Positions 24,717 through 36,715 of a DNA stretch of 64,000 nucleotides are shown here, piece after piece; the stretch's first letter is position 1, and each line of letters starts with the position of its first letter. The stretch spans positions 33,189,967 through 33,253,966 of the forward strand of contig CM120640.1 in NCBI GenBank assembly GCA_051362555.1, in the 5' to 3' direction. Origin of the DNA: Lingula anatina. Its lineage: Eukaryota > Animalia > Brachiopoda. A program made the translations under genes and the position numbers. The notes under the pieces are model-generated. The model saw only the letters and a list, made by a program, of their open reading frames with translations, searched no databases and was not told where the DNA came from.

Positions 24717-27700
24717 ATGCCGGAGGAAGACACTCGTTATAAAAGACTTTTTGAACAACTAACGCTTGGTGTTTTAAAGACATTGGGTAAAGAGAGTGTT
24801 GTTTGATTATAAAGGCATCACAAGAAATATTTGGTTATTTCTGAAGGGATAATGTCACTGCACTAGCAACAGAAGTATTCCATTCACCAATGTAAACAAA
24901 CCGCCGTCAAACCCAAGTGACGGGCCGTTAAGTTAAACCTACGTTTTTATCTGCTCAGGTCGTCACACTGTTTGGCTGACTGCTTGTTCTTCGAAATAAC
25001 TATTCCTTTGAGATAAGAAAAAGCCAAAAATACTTTTTTTAAATAATCGACAAAAAAAAAAAAAAAACGAGAAGAATTGAAAGTTTCCTCATTCTTCTAC
25101 AATTTTAAAGTTTTGCCATTGAGCAGACAAGTTATGATTATTTTTCAGATGTAAACTCTATCTTTAAAAGAAAGTCTCGAAGTGCTAATCTTGTCATAGT
25201 GCCCATTCTTAAAATGTATTGTTTATTATGTGTGTCAGCTTATATGAAATAACGTAAATCATACGATATTTCGTATTCAGATAAGCGACCAGGCATTACA
25301 GGTGTAGTATTTGATCAGAAACCCCCTGCAGAAACTACAGAACTTATAGGATGGGATCAGGTACATGTTTGGTGTGAACAGGGTTGGGCACAGATTAACA
25401 AAAAAATTAGTAGGAGGATATCCTCCCTGGGGTAGTTGATTTTCATCCTCTTTTTATAGAAAGTGGCAGTACAATGCCTGCTAAATGATACAGTGCTTTT
25501 ATATTGCATTTACTATCCTTTGTTCTCATAAAATTTACTCACAACATATAACACATATAAAAAAATCTTACAACTGTTTATTAATTTATGTTAAATGTTA
25601 TTTACTTGATTTCTTAAATTCCAGCGATGTTCCTGCTTCCTGCCAGATGATTTGAAGTGTTTTTATCTTACAAACAATGGCATGAAGTTAACATGGAAAA
25701 CAAAAGTTGGAGGTATGTATAGACATCTTGCTAATGGCAAAGAATTATGTTTAGGCCTGTAGCCAGCAATTTTAAAGGAGGGTCTTTTCCTAGGAATAAT
25801 ACCACATCCCTGCCAAAAGTGTGGTTTTTCTAACCCCCCCCCCCCTCAGATCCTTCTGCCTATTGGCCTGGTACCTACAGTGTATATATGCCAATTGTTT
25901 TTAATCTGTGTAGAAACACTCCAAGTTTGGCTTTGGATCAGGAGTGCAGCTGTTGTTGCACTGCATACATTTCTTGTTTTCAAGGTGACTTGATAGTAGT
26001 CAATTGTCATAATTTTATTCCCTGTCAAATGGCATTTAACTTGTTTATTTATTTACAATTTTGTCCACTAATTAGGTATATTTGAATAAATGTTATATAG
26101 ACCAGTTATTCTTATACAATATCTAATGTATTTTAGACACATTAATTCCTCTTGGGAAAATGGAAATAAATCCCATAAGCAGTTTAAACAGATTTGGTGG
26201 AATAGTTGGCAACAGTAGTCCAGCAATGCCCTCTTTAGCTGACCTGGAAGCTGAATCGGAGGAAGAAGATGATCCAAGTAAGTTTTAACCAAGTTCAAAT
26301 TTTACAGTTTTCTTGTACTGTATGAAATTACTAATATATTTAGTCTCTTTTAGTAGTCACAAGGTCTACTTCAGGAGAGGTGGATATGCACAATTCTTGT
26401 TATCACCACTACTAAATATTAAAATTGCAATTTTGTTTCAGGCATTCAGGACTTACCTGTGTAAATTTAAGTTAGAAAGTATGAACTTTTTTGCAGATGT
26501 GTATCTTATATTTTTTTCTGTATTTAAACTTTTTCTAACTTGTCTCGTGACTGACTTCTTCAAGTTATGTAGACTATATATTTACATGCAATATAGGTGT
26601 ATACCTTCATGTACTTCAGTCCATCCCAAACCCCATTTTGACCAGAGAGCAAGAATCTTTGAACTGGATTCCTGTGATGGTCATGGAAAGGTGTGCCTTG
26701 TTTATAAATGTGCCAAACCAGGTAAGATTTAAATATTCTTAATGTCGTTACATGTCATTTGACAGAATTGAACTTGACCTGGAAAATAGTTCTGATTGCA
26801 ATGCATGTTGACGGTTTTCTTTCACAGTCATTTTTGTAAATTGATTATAGTTTTAATATTTAATATTTAATCATAAATTTTCTCTTGTTTATTTTTACTC
26901 CAGGAGTGCCAACACATAACCCTGAAGTGTGGTTCATGGACCGTTCCCTGCAGTGGCATTTTTTGGCAGAGAGCTTTACTTCATACTACAGACTAATGCT
27001 CACACATTTAGGTCTGCCACAATGGCAGTATGCATTTACAGATATGGGCTTGCCACCACAAGCTAAGGTGTTTGCATAGCATTTTGTTCTTTGTCTGAAA
27101 ATAGAATTTAACTTATGAAAGGAGTAAGCAGCAATATGTAAATATTTGCAATATTGCTGCAAACTGGATTTTTTTTTCATGTCAAGTAAAATGAATACCT
27201 GAAACAAGTTAAACTAAAGCTGTTCACACAAGGAATATATTACCTCTTCTAAATTCGTAGTAGTGCTTGTACATATTTTGTAAGTTATTTTTTCTGTTAC
27301 CTTCAGCAATGGTTCAACGTGTTTGCTCCAGAGCGTCTTCAGCTGGACAGTAATTTTGTAACGCAGCCTGCACCATCTGATAGTCAAGAGTCTCAAGTAA
27401 TACAACTAGATGTTGGCAAAGTTTTTAGAGGGAAATCAGATAAAAAGTAAGTACACATGTATCTGAATTACCTTTGCTGTGTATTTTAGTTATCCAAAAT
27501 ATTTTCCTGAAAAGTAAAAGATTGAAACTTGGTTGTGAAGAAAAATTTCTATAGCTTAGAATACTGATGGTGCCTTTAATTTCTAGGAAACCAGCTCCTA
27601 CAGCAAGTCAGGCTGGAGCAGCTAAACAGGGAGCTCCCCAGAGAAAAGGAGCAGTTTCCTCTGCAAAGTAAGTCTTCATGTGAATTTTGCATATATATTT

Positions 27701-28028
27701 TTTTTTGATATGCTTCAACAGAATGGCAAATTAATTCCATATTGGAAAATATGTATTTAAGTCATCAATTATGGAACTGATATTGCATCAATCAAAATAT
27801 TATCTTGCATTGATCTTTAATGGTCAACAAAGGCTCTGATAATCCAAGTAAATTTTATGTTAAAATTTTAAAGAATACTCATGTATTAATTTGTAAAATT
27901 GTATTAATTCATTTGGCATTAACTCTAGATAAATGAATGTTGACATTTTTAGGTCTCAGCCGTCCAGTAGTTCAAGAGGAGCAAGTCTTATATCACAGGC
28001 ACTTTCTAAATCAGCTAGTCAAAGGTAG
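24717..28028 (+). CDS. TPGS2: Tubulin polyglutamylase complex subunit 2 (exons 24717-24786, 25281-25360, 25625-25712, 26137-26277, 26620-26721, 26904-27067, 27307-27446, 27587-27667, 27953-28028)
   Basis: Spliced protein has FEQLTLGV, LPDDLKCFYLTNNG, PSLADLE, KPHFDQRARIFELDSCDGHGKVCLVY and WFMDRSLQWHFLAESFTSYYRLMLTHLGLPQWQYAFT, matching TPGS2. Exon phases are consistent. The last exon is less certain (possible extra splice to ~28331). Confidence 0.93.
25752..25870. mobile_element. Degenerate short hAT-like MITE
   Basis: Ends TAGGCCTGTAGCCAG and CTGCCTATTGGCCTG are imperfect inverted repeats; internal C-run. Confidence 0.4.
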
Positions 28029-30221
28029 CAAGAGAGGAAACATCGGATAGGGACATCTAGGTGACATCAAGCATACAAATAAGTGTGCTTTGTACATTCC
28101 TCCCAGGTTTTTCTCAAGCATTACTTGAAATTTTGTCTGTCTCTTCTGTCTTGAAGATGGATTATCAGCGGAAAGTGGGTTGCAGTTGTAGAAAGGAATT
28201 GCTAGAGAAAAACAATTTTTTAAAAATTTCTTTTGTGGTATGGTGACAGATTTTGGCACATAAAAGTGTGATGTTACAATCAAAATTATTTATTTCAGAT
28301 TTAAACCTTTTTTTACTCTAATATTTCTAGCTACACAAATTTGATATTTGAGATCAGCTGCAAAACTTAATTACCACCTTTGCAGTGTTCCACTTCACCA
28401 GCTGGAGCTGAACAGGCCAGGCATGTCCATTACAGACTCACCTTGATTCACAGTTGGAGTCTTTTTTTTTTTTTTGTGCAAATCTTTAAATAACTGTGGC
28501 AAGATAATTACATAATCTTTGGAAAAATGAAACATTCCAGAACCCATTGATACAAAAAGTAAAGTGCTTTATCCATGAACAATTATATGTTTGGTTGCTT
28601 GTTGTTCAAGCTGACTTTAATCAGTATGGCAATTGTTTTGTGTATATAAATATGCTCTTTATGTCAAATGCAAGTTAAAATATACTTTATTGCAAAAACT
28701 CTCTTTGTACTTATTTTCTGCTGTAACTATTTGATAACATTGGTAATAATAAAAAATAATTATTATAATTAAACAACAACAATTATAACAAACTCATATA
28801 TGACAACGCAGAGTTTCACGCAGACTAAATGGATATGCTGCTTATTTATATAAAAAAAAAACATGATTGAGAGAGCAAAGCATAAAATGAAGAATTTTCT
28901 TAGATGCCTACTTGTTCAGAAATTAATTTGGCTTGGTTCATCTATATTGAACAAGGACTTTACACGGATCTCAGATGATTTTATGCAAAAGTTGAGATAA
29001 AGGATGGTAGTTTTTGGCCAGAAATGGTAGGGTGAAATTTCCAACACTTGACCTGTGTTCATTTTTGCCTCATTCAAAATTCCACAATTGCTGAATAATA
29101 GAACAATTGTTGACCTAGGCTACTGTACTTAGAAGGTAATGTATGGCCAGGTATGTGTCTTACCTCAAGATATTTTAAATTATTAGAAAAAAAAATACAA
29201 AAAAAACTTTCTAACTTAAAAATATTACCAATAATTTATCAAATGTAGTGAAAAGAAATTCACAAGAATATATAAGTTTTACTCATTTAGCCATTTGTCT
29301 TATATGAATAACAATATTTGAACAGGTCTAGAATTAAGGTAAAAATGGCTTTGTAAAATTTTCCACCAATTAATGTACTGTAAATAAGTCTGTAATGTTT
29401 GTCCGTGCTATTGATTGCTATATGTGGTTTTTAAAAACGTATAGAGCACACTCCAGGGTACACTATGTACAAGAAACAGTGCTGAGGGTAATAGTGAGAG
29501 GTGATGTACATTGTGCAAGTATTATTTTTTAACCAATGTATCATCTATAAATATGTAGAAGATAAACACTTTTAACAATTAAAATGTGTAAAAATACCAA
29601 AAACACTTTAATTATCAAATATAATGAAAATAAATTCATTGCAAGATTTATTTTACCAATACATGAATAAATTATATTTTTTATATTATTAAGGGGGGGA
29701 TATGATGGTGAATGAAATATTTGAACAGATACGAGGTACAATAAATTGAGTGCAGGATAACTGACCATATGCCTAGAGTTAGGGTTTACTAAAGGCATGT
29801 TTGTCTGTCATATATATCTTAAAAGAGCACTAATAAATAATTTAAACTACTAGTACATATTTAAGAATTTGATATAGTGAGAGTATCGCACTGCACTGGT
29901 CCACCGTAGTGAAAAACTGTGTATCAAAATCACTTAAATATATCAATACGACCTTCAATCATAAATGCGCCCGATTTGGCGACTAGAAGTACAGTGCACG
30001 GTAACGATGACGTATGTAGATCTATGTTAAAACAAATTAATACGTAAAACTCCACCAGTGTCATTCAATACTGATGGTAATAGCGAATGGTAGTTATACT
30101 TAGGAAAATGTTTTATTGCTCCAAGGTGGAATGCTAACAAAAATCATAGGTAAAATCGATAACTGTCCAAAAGACAGCAGCAGCAGTACATTAACTTGTA
30201 ACATGTAATGACTGGCGTGTC

Positions 30222-30238
30222 CACGCGCGAGCCTCGTT
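30222..30238 (+). promoter_or_regulatory. Candidate carbohydrate response element (ChoRE)
   Basis: CACGCG-cgagc-CTCGTT: two E-box-like hexamers 5 bp apart, one mismatch to CAYGNG-n5-CNCRTG, about 90 bp upstream of the arrestin ATG. Confidence 0.35.
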
Positions 30239-30327
30239 ATGGACAGAATTGTGAAATCCTGTAAAGAAGGAGGGGTTCGTGTAAAACAATCCCTCTCGAT
30301 TGTCTCTTAATTTTATCAAGGTTGACA

Positions 30328-33300
30328 ATGGGGAAGCTTAATGTATTTGCCATTTCTCTTCCAAACCAATATGCAGTTTATCACGCAGGAGAAGTCGTAC
30401 AGGGCCATGTCCTAGTGGAGTTAAATGAGCCGATGAAAATGAGAGGTGAGTTGAAACGCCACGATGTCAGACCCTGACAACATGAATTCAGGACCCGTAG
30501 TAATCCAAATGAAGACCTTTGTTGTTGATCGACAGTTAATCTGTTGCAACAAATCACTTTCCACACGGTTATCTAACATTACGTGGTTCGTCTCGACGGT
30601 TAGTGATACTGATCAGCGTCTGGTTGCATGTACAGTATGCCACTGGACCCATATTGGACTAGAAATTACACTTTTCCTTTTTTTTCAGTAGTAGTATGAC
30701 TGCATCATTCAGGTGGGGGATTTGTTTGGGGGACTTTTAGTTGAACCCCCCTCCCCTGACTGAATTTTCAAGATAAACTGTACACGTTTATAGACCCCCC
30801 CCCCCCCAATCAATAAAACATGGGTTTGTTTATTTATCAGATTTTTTAGAGGTCCCACCACTGCTCTTAGCCTAGGTGCATGGTTCATTGAATGGTTCAG
30901 TGTCTGGTCCTCTGTATTTCACCCAAAACATATATTATTGCTATCTCCGAAGTAAGAGTGACTGATGGTTATCTCAAGTCCTGCCCTAGTTTGTTTACAA
31001 TAATTGAGTTCACATGCAGTGGCATCACGTGACACATAACCTAATTATCTAATTAACCAGTGTCCACTGGAGTTAATTAGAAGTTAATTCTCCCAATGGC
31101 CAAAGTGAATCTTTTGCTGTCTAGAACTTAATGATATAAACCATGGTGTATGTATAGTATTATCAAGCTACATGTACAGTACAGTACATACATGTACTAT
31201 GTGGCTTTAAATTGCCCAATACACTGCAATACATGTACAGTGCAGTACACTTGAAAAAACAAGTCCAGTTGCAACTAACACACGAAAGGGTAATTTCAAA
31301 CTAATAGGGTGATATACAATGGAAATTTATTACTTAGTGCTTAATATAACTTACAAATATAAATAAGACTTTTTGACCTATTTTCAGGTGTCCGTATTGA
31401 ATTGAAAGGCTTTGCGTATGTTCATTGGACTGAACAACATACTACACATACTGGAAAATCCTCTCATACAACCACCAGGCATTACTCTGCTACTGAAAAT
31501 TACTTTCATCACATTATTACTTTGTTTGGTAAAGGTAAGTTAAGATAGTGACCCTGTATGATATCACATGGAATAACAAATATGGAGATACTTGTACATA
31601 CCTGCAGTTTTTCTTTCCTGTCGACAGCACATGGATTGTGTAAGCATTTTTATATAACCTTTTTTTTTTTTAATTTACAATATAAGTATTACAAAATATC
31701 TGTTAATTACTTTAATTTGAAATGCCCCTTAACATCATATCAGTTTTTTTCAAAATCATGTCAAAATCAACACTATTTTTAAATGTGTAGAATCATGCTC
31801 AATGGCCTGGATGTCTGTCTGTTTCTTTGAACAGGTCCTAACGATCGTGGAGATGACCCTACTCTACCAGCAGGTAGTCACACTTTTCCATTTAGTTTTC
31901 AACTTCCTCATGGTTTGCCATCATCCTTTGAGGGAGACTGGGGTCACGTGCGCTACAGCATGCTTGGGACCATTGACAAACCCTGGAAATTTGACCATCA
32001 TACCAAAAGAGCCTTCACTGTCCTCAGTGTTCTGGATTTGAACACAAGACCAGACGCTGCTGTAAGGATCATTTTGATTTTATGGTGACTTTTGCATGTG
32101 TAACAGATTATGTGTTGCTATGGTGTGGTAAGGGATTCTTACTTTGTCCTTATAGACTGATTATGGGATTTTTACATCTCTTCTCTCTTCAAAATTCAGC
32201 TTTTGGTCTAACAAAAATAAGATATTGGCTGCCTTTTTAAAAAAAAAATAATTGCTCTTTTCCTGTCAAATTGAGTACTAACAGCACCCTGTGTTGCTGA
32301 ATTAAATGTATATCAGTATATATACACAATGTATAATATACATTGCTAATAGTATTTTATATATAGCTAATTTTTTGTATGTAGATGGGTATGGAGGGAC
32401 AAAACTCAAAGACCCTGTGCTGCCTGTGTTGTGCCAGCGGCCCTATTACTGCAAAGATAAGTATACCTAAGAAGGGCTATGTGCCTGGAGAGACAATTCA
32501 TGTCACTGCAGAAGTGAACAACCACAGCAGTAGGAAAATGGACAGGGTTATGTTTGTTCTGAGACAGGTAGGTAAAATGAAGATTACCTTTTCATGCTGT
32601 TATTATGAAGATTAGTGGCAATTATTTAACATATTGGACTCATTGTCATAGACCCCATTCCCAGAGATTAGATCGATCCAACTAGATCGACCTAACTCCC
32701 TGGGGGGTCATGCTAAATAGCTGTCAGCCGAGTGGGCACGAAAGTTAATTACCCCCTCACAGCTTGTAGTAGGCAGGATGGACATTTAAGCCGGATAATC
32801 TGACAGTAATCTAGTGAGACTCCCCACGAGGATAGATCAATCTAAAATCTATGGGAATGCACCCATAGATGTCAAGAGAATGGTGTGCCTGAGGGTGAGC
32901 TTCTCTTCACATTGTTGAGAAGTGCGTGTATATGCCATAGCTACCTATCAACACCATCTAAATTAGTTTTTTAAAGCTTAAAATCATATACCCATTTATA
33001 TTATTGTTTTCAGTCAATTGCTTTCCATGCAACCACCAAGACACGTTACAGTTCTAAAAATGTATTGAACATTGTGAAGGGAGAGGTTGCACCAGGTGAT
33101 AGTGAAGCATGGAGAAATGAAACCATCATTATTCCCCCTATACCACCCTCAGAACTGGTGGGATGCCGCATCATTGACATCCAGTATTATATGTGTGTAA
33201 GTTTGTTATTTATTTAAAATGGCTCTGTCCCTGTGTGATTTTATTCTCTTATGATGCCTAAACGGTACACATGAATCTTGCAGTAAGTTGAAACAACTTG

Positions 33301-34021
33301 CATATAGTATCACACTACTAAATATAAAATGTGTTTACATGTACTGGTGATACCTTAGATTCACTACCAAATTATCAGAAATAAAGAAATCAGGACAATA
33401 CTTGCATGTCTCATGTTCCAAAGTTTATGCAGTAATGTACAAGAAGGGGCCTAAATGTGCATATTAAATTCTATATTACAGATTGTGGTGGATCCCTCTG
33501 GGCCTGCATTTGACCTGGAGGTCCCACTGGAAATCTTAGTGGGCACTGTCCCACTTCGTACAACTTACCCTCAGTATGGTTTTGGGGCAAACTATAATAC
33601 AGTGTATAGTTCAAATCAACCTCCACCACCCTTGCCTGTACAGCCCTCTGCACCACCAACTGATGCCGCTGTACCTCGTAAGTTTTACTGGGACTTGAAT
33701 TAGCAAGTATTAGTGGGATTACACAGACACCTCCCTCCATACACCCCCTTCTCAGTACAATCCTTGTATTATCCTTCATCACAGAGTTGGTTTAAAAAAA
33801 AAAACAATCTGAATGTGCTCATAGGTATATAAAGATAAGATGTAGATAAGCATGTGGTTTATAGTCAAATAATTAATTTTTATTCTTGATATCTTCCAGC
33901 TCCCCCAAGTTATTCTGCTTGTGTTTTTGGAGCAGTGGACATCAAGGATGACGCAGATAATGAATACACCAAGGGAGACTTACAATACACACCAGTGTAC
34001 ACATACTATGATAGAATTTAA
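30328..34021 (+). CDS. Arrestin domain-containing protein (alpha-arrestin), copy A (exons 30328-30445, 31388-31534, 31835-32061, 32385-32567, 33014-33196, 33482-33677, 33900-34021)
   Basis: VYHAGEVVQGHV, KGFAYVHWTE, HTFPFSFQLPHGLPSSFEGDWGHVRY, IDKPWKFDH, KTLCCLCCASGPI, GYVPGETI, PLEILVGTVP and a C-terminal PPSY motif. Orthology to a specific vertebrate ARRDC cannot be assigned. Confidence 0.93.
32651..32864 (+). mobile_element. Harbinger-like MITE, family with xxxCATTCCCA ends
   Basis: GACCCCATTCCCAGAG...TAGATCGATC arms and ...ATGGGAATGCACCC end; ATA on both flanks; nearly the reverse complement of 45357-45549. Confidence 0.8.
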
Positions 34022-36170
34022 TAACTGACATACCTGAAGGAGACAATCTGACATGAGCTTTTTCCACGGAAAAACTGAATTCCGCGTTTTTTAATTCAAT
34101 TCTAATGGTTCCTGATATTTGCAAAGGTTAGGTGTTGGGAACCATGATAAATTTTCAGAGTTTTTCTCTTTTTTTTTTTTTTTTTTTAAACCTAGGCTCA
34201 TGTCTGATGTATATGGCTGGTATGACTGGTGATTGTGTTGACTGAAGTTAGCATTGGACATTGAGATGGATACAACATTATAAAATATAGGATTTTCATT
34301 TTGTATATGGGAAAATTTTAAGATATAACCAAGAATTTGATCTGTTTACATACAGACACTGTATAAAGCTGTATATTTTTTATCTTTGTGTCTGATACAT
34401 CTGTCCTTCACCCTGTAAGTGCTACATAGTATTTTTGTTTTACTTCAAATTTGCTGAGTTGCTTTGTTCAGTAAAATTGTCACTATTGGATTGTTTTTGC
34501 AGAAAATGACTATTTTTTTGTAAATATTGTTGCATGTTTTTTCCTATTTAGTAAAATATTTATGTAAAGAACATCCCTAAGTTTAATCTCTGCTTTTAAA
34601 TATATTTATATGACAGTTTTTGTAGTATATTTTTAAACTATGTAGAATATCATTTGAATATCACTTGACACTTTTTAATAGCTTTGAAGCTCTGTGTGTA
34701 TGAGGAAGCATTGTTGCATGTAAAGTGACACATATCATTCCTCGAGTCTTGGTAGGTTAAAGAATTTTAGTTCTCCCCCTTTCATTCCAGTTTAAAGGTA
34801 TAGGGTACCCTTTATCATCTACTGTAATTACTCGATATCTTCAGTAGAAGAAAATTGTTAATTTTGTAGATACTGCATGTATTTTTCAAGTCAAAATTTC
34901 TTAAATTGGAAAATTTCTATTATTGAGTAGCAGCAACATAATTAAAAAGCAGACTACTCTATAGTTTTATTCTTTGCAGAAAGCACCACAAATGCTATAT
35001 AGAAATATAATTTTTTCATTATAAAATTATGTATCTGAAAGTTTGATAATTTTTTCCCATCGAAAACTTTAAGTAATTACCATGATATTATTTAAATTTT
35101 TAAGGAGACTTATGCAAAAAAAATACCTCACTCTCATTGCATGTGATTATTTTGCTTTTATCTTAAATGAACTAAATAGGTCTATTTTTTAGGAGTAATA
35201 TTTTTGAAAATATATTTTGAGCTATTTTGTTGATTTCCTTGCAAAAGTGTGCATATTATAATATACTTGGTAGGCTGTGTATTGTTGTTAGTGTGTGTAT
35301 ATACACACATAAAAATGATCTGACAGACTTTCTTTGTTAACATTATATAACTGGGTATGCAAGTCCTTCACTTTAGCATGTTTACTACTATACAGGGTGA
35401 ACTGTTCGCACAATAAAATATAACAATGTATTTCAAATTGTCAATCAGTCTTCAATTTTACACCCCAAACTCAACAGCTGTGTTCACTTTTTATCAAATT
35501 GAGTACATATATCAGAAAATGTTCTCAATTTTGTTTATTTGAATCATGACTGGGTCACAGAACATGTCTTTAAACTGGCATCCTTTTTGCTGCTGCTTTG
35601 TGGTTTCTACCTATTGCCTTGTATCAGTTGTATGAATGATGTTTCAAGGGGGTTGAGCTCCCAAGACGGGAGCATGGCGAGTTCATTGATGACCGTGACA
35701 TTTTGTCACTTTCACACACAATAAACTTAAAATAATATGTGAACTGAGTTACTACATATATTGGCATTTTTCTCCCAAATGTGCCCATGAAACGTAGCAA
35801 AAGTGCTGAGCTTCTGCCCAGATTCAGCCAATTTTAATGTGCATTGAAAGGCCCATCAAATCAAGGCAAAAACAAGCTTGGCAAATATCAAATGATGTGT
35901 ACAATTTTGTCTAGAGTGCTGAAATGATAAAGTGCCTGGCAAATTTGACTTTTTAAAAACTTTATTATCATAATTATTATTATTTTATATTTATATATTT
36001 ATTTTATTTTATTTATTTATTTTTTTGTGCAAGTGAAAAGTTGGCACCAGGAAAAGTTGGCACCAGGTATCTCTTCTGATTCACCATTGTTAAGCATTGT
36101 AAACACATACAGAGTTTGTTTGTGATTTTGGCCTACTTGACCTATTTATATTGGTCAGCATATGGAATAA

Positions 36171-36441
36171 TTACTACCACCAAGGAGGTTATGTTTTCAC
36201 CTCTGTTTGTTTGTCTGTCTGTCTGTCATCAACATAACTCAAAAAGTTATGGACCGATTTTGATGAAATTTTCAGGAACTACCAGAAGTGGGCCAAGGAA
36301 CGGATGATTAGTTTTTGGTGGTGATCCAGATCAATAATCAATCAATAATCCAAAATATCAAAAATTTAGGGGTGAATCTGCATTGGATGGAGACTTTGCT
36401 GCCTTGGCGGAGGTCTGCGCTCTCTGAGTTCTTTTCTAGTT
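36171..36441 (+). mobile_element. Non-autonomous Helentron-associated element (HINE/DINE-1-like)
   Basis: 5' TTACTACCACCAAGGAGGTTATG, (TTTG)/(TCTG) microsatellite, core GATTTTGATGAAATTTTCAGG, 3' subterminal repeat CCTTGGCGGAGG plus stem-loop GCGCTCTCTGAGT and CTAGTT. Confidence 0.85.
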
Positions 36442-36715
36442 TTTATTAATCTGCTTAGGTCAGAAGTACAAATATAATCAGAAAGATACTGTATTGTTAA
36501 TCTGATATAAAGAGGTTATGCAAATAAATTGCCACTATTTTCTATCTTTGTTTGCATGTAGTAAGTAGCATGTGACTATTATGGCATCATTTGTATTGGG
36601 GTATGGTATTTTTGTTCATACTGGTAGCTTAATTCTACCTTGTAGCTTCAGTATATGCTGGAATGACCCAGTTTATTCAGGAAGTGTAAGTGTGTATTAA
36701 GCCACTGATTAAGTC

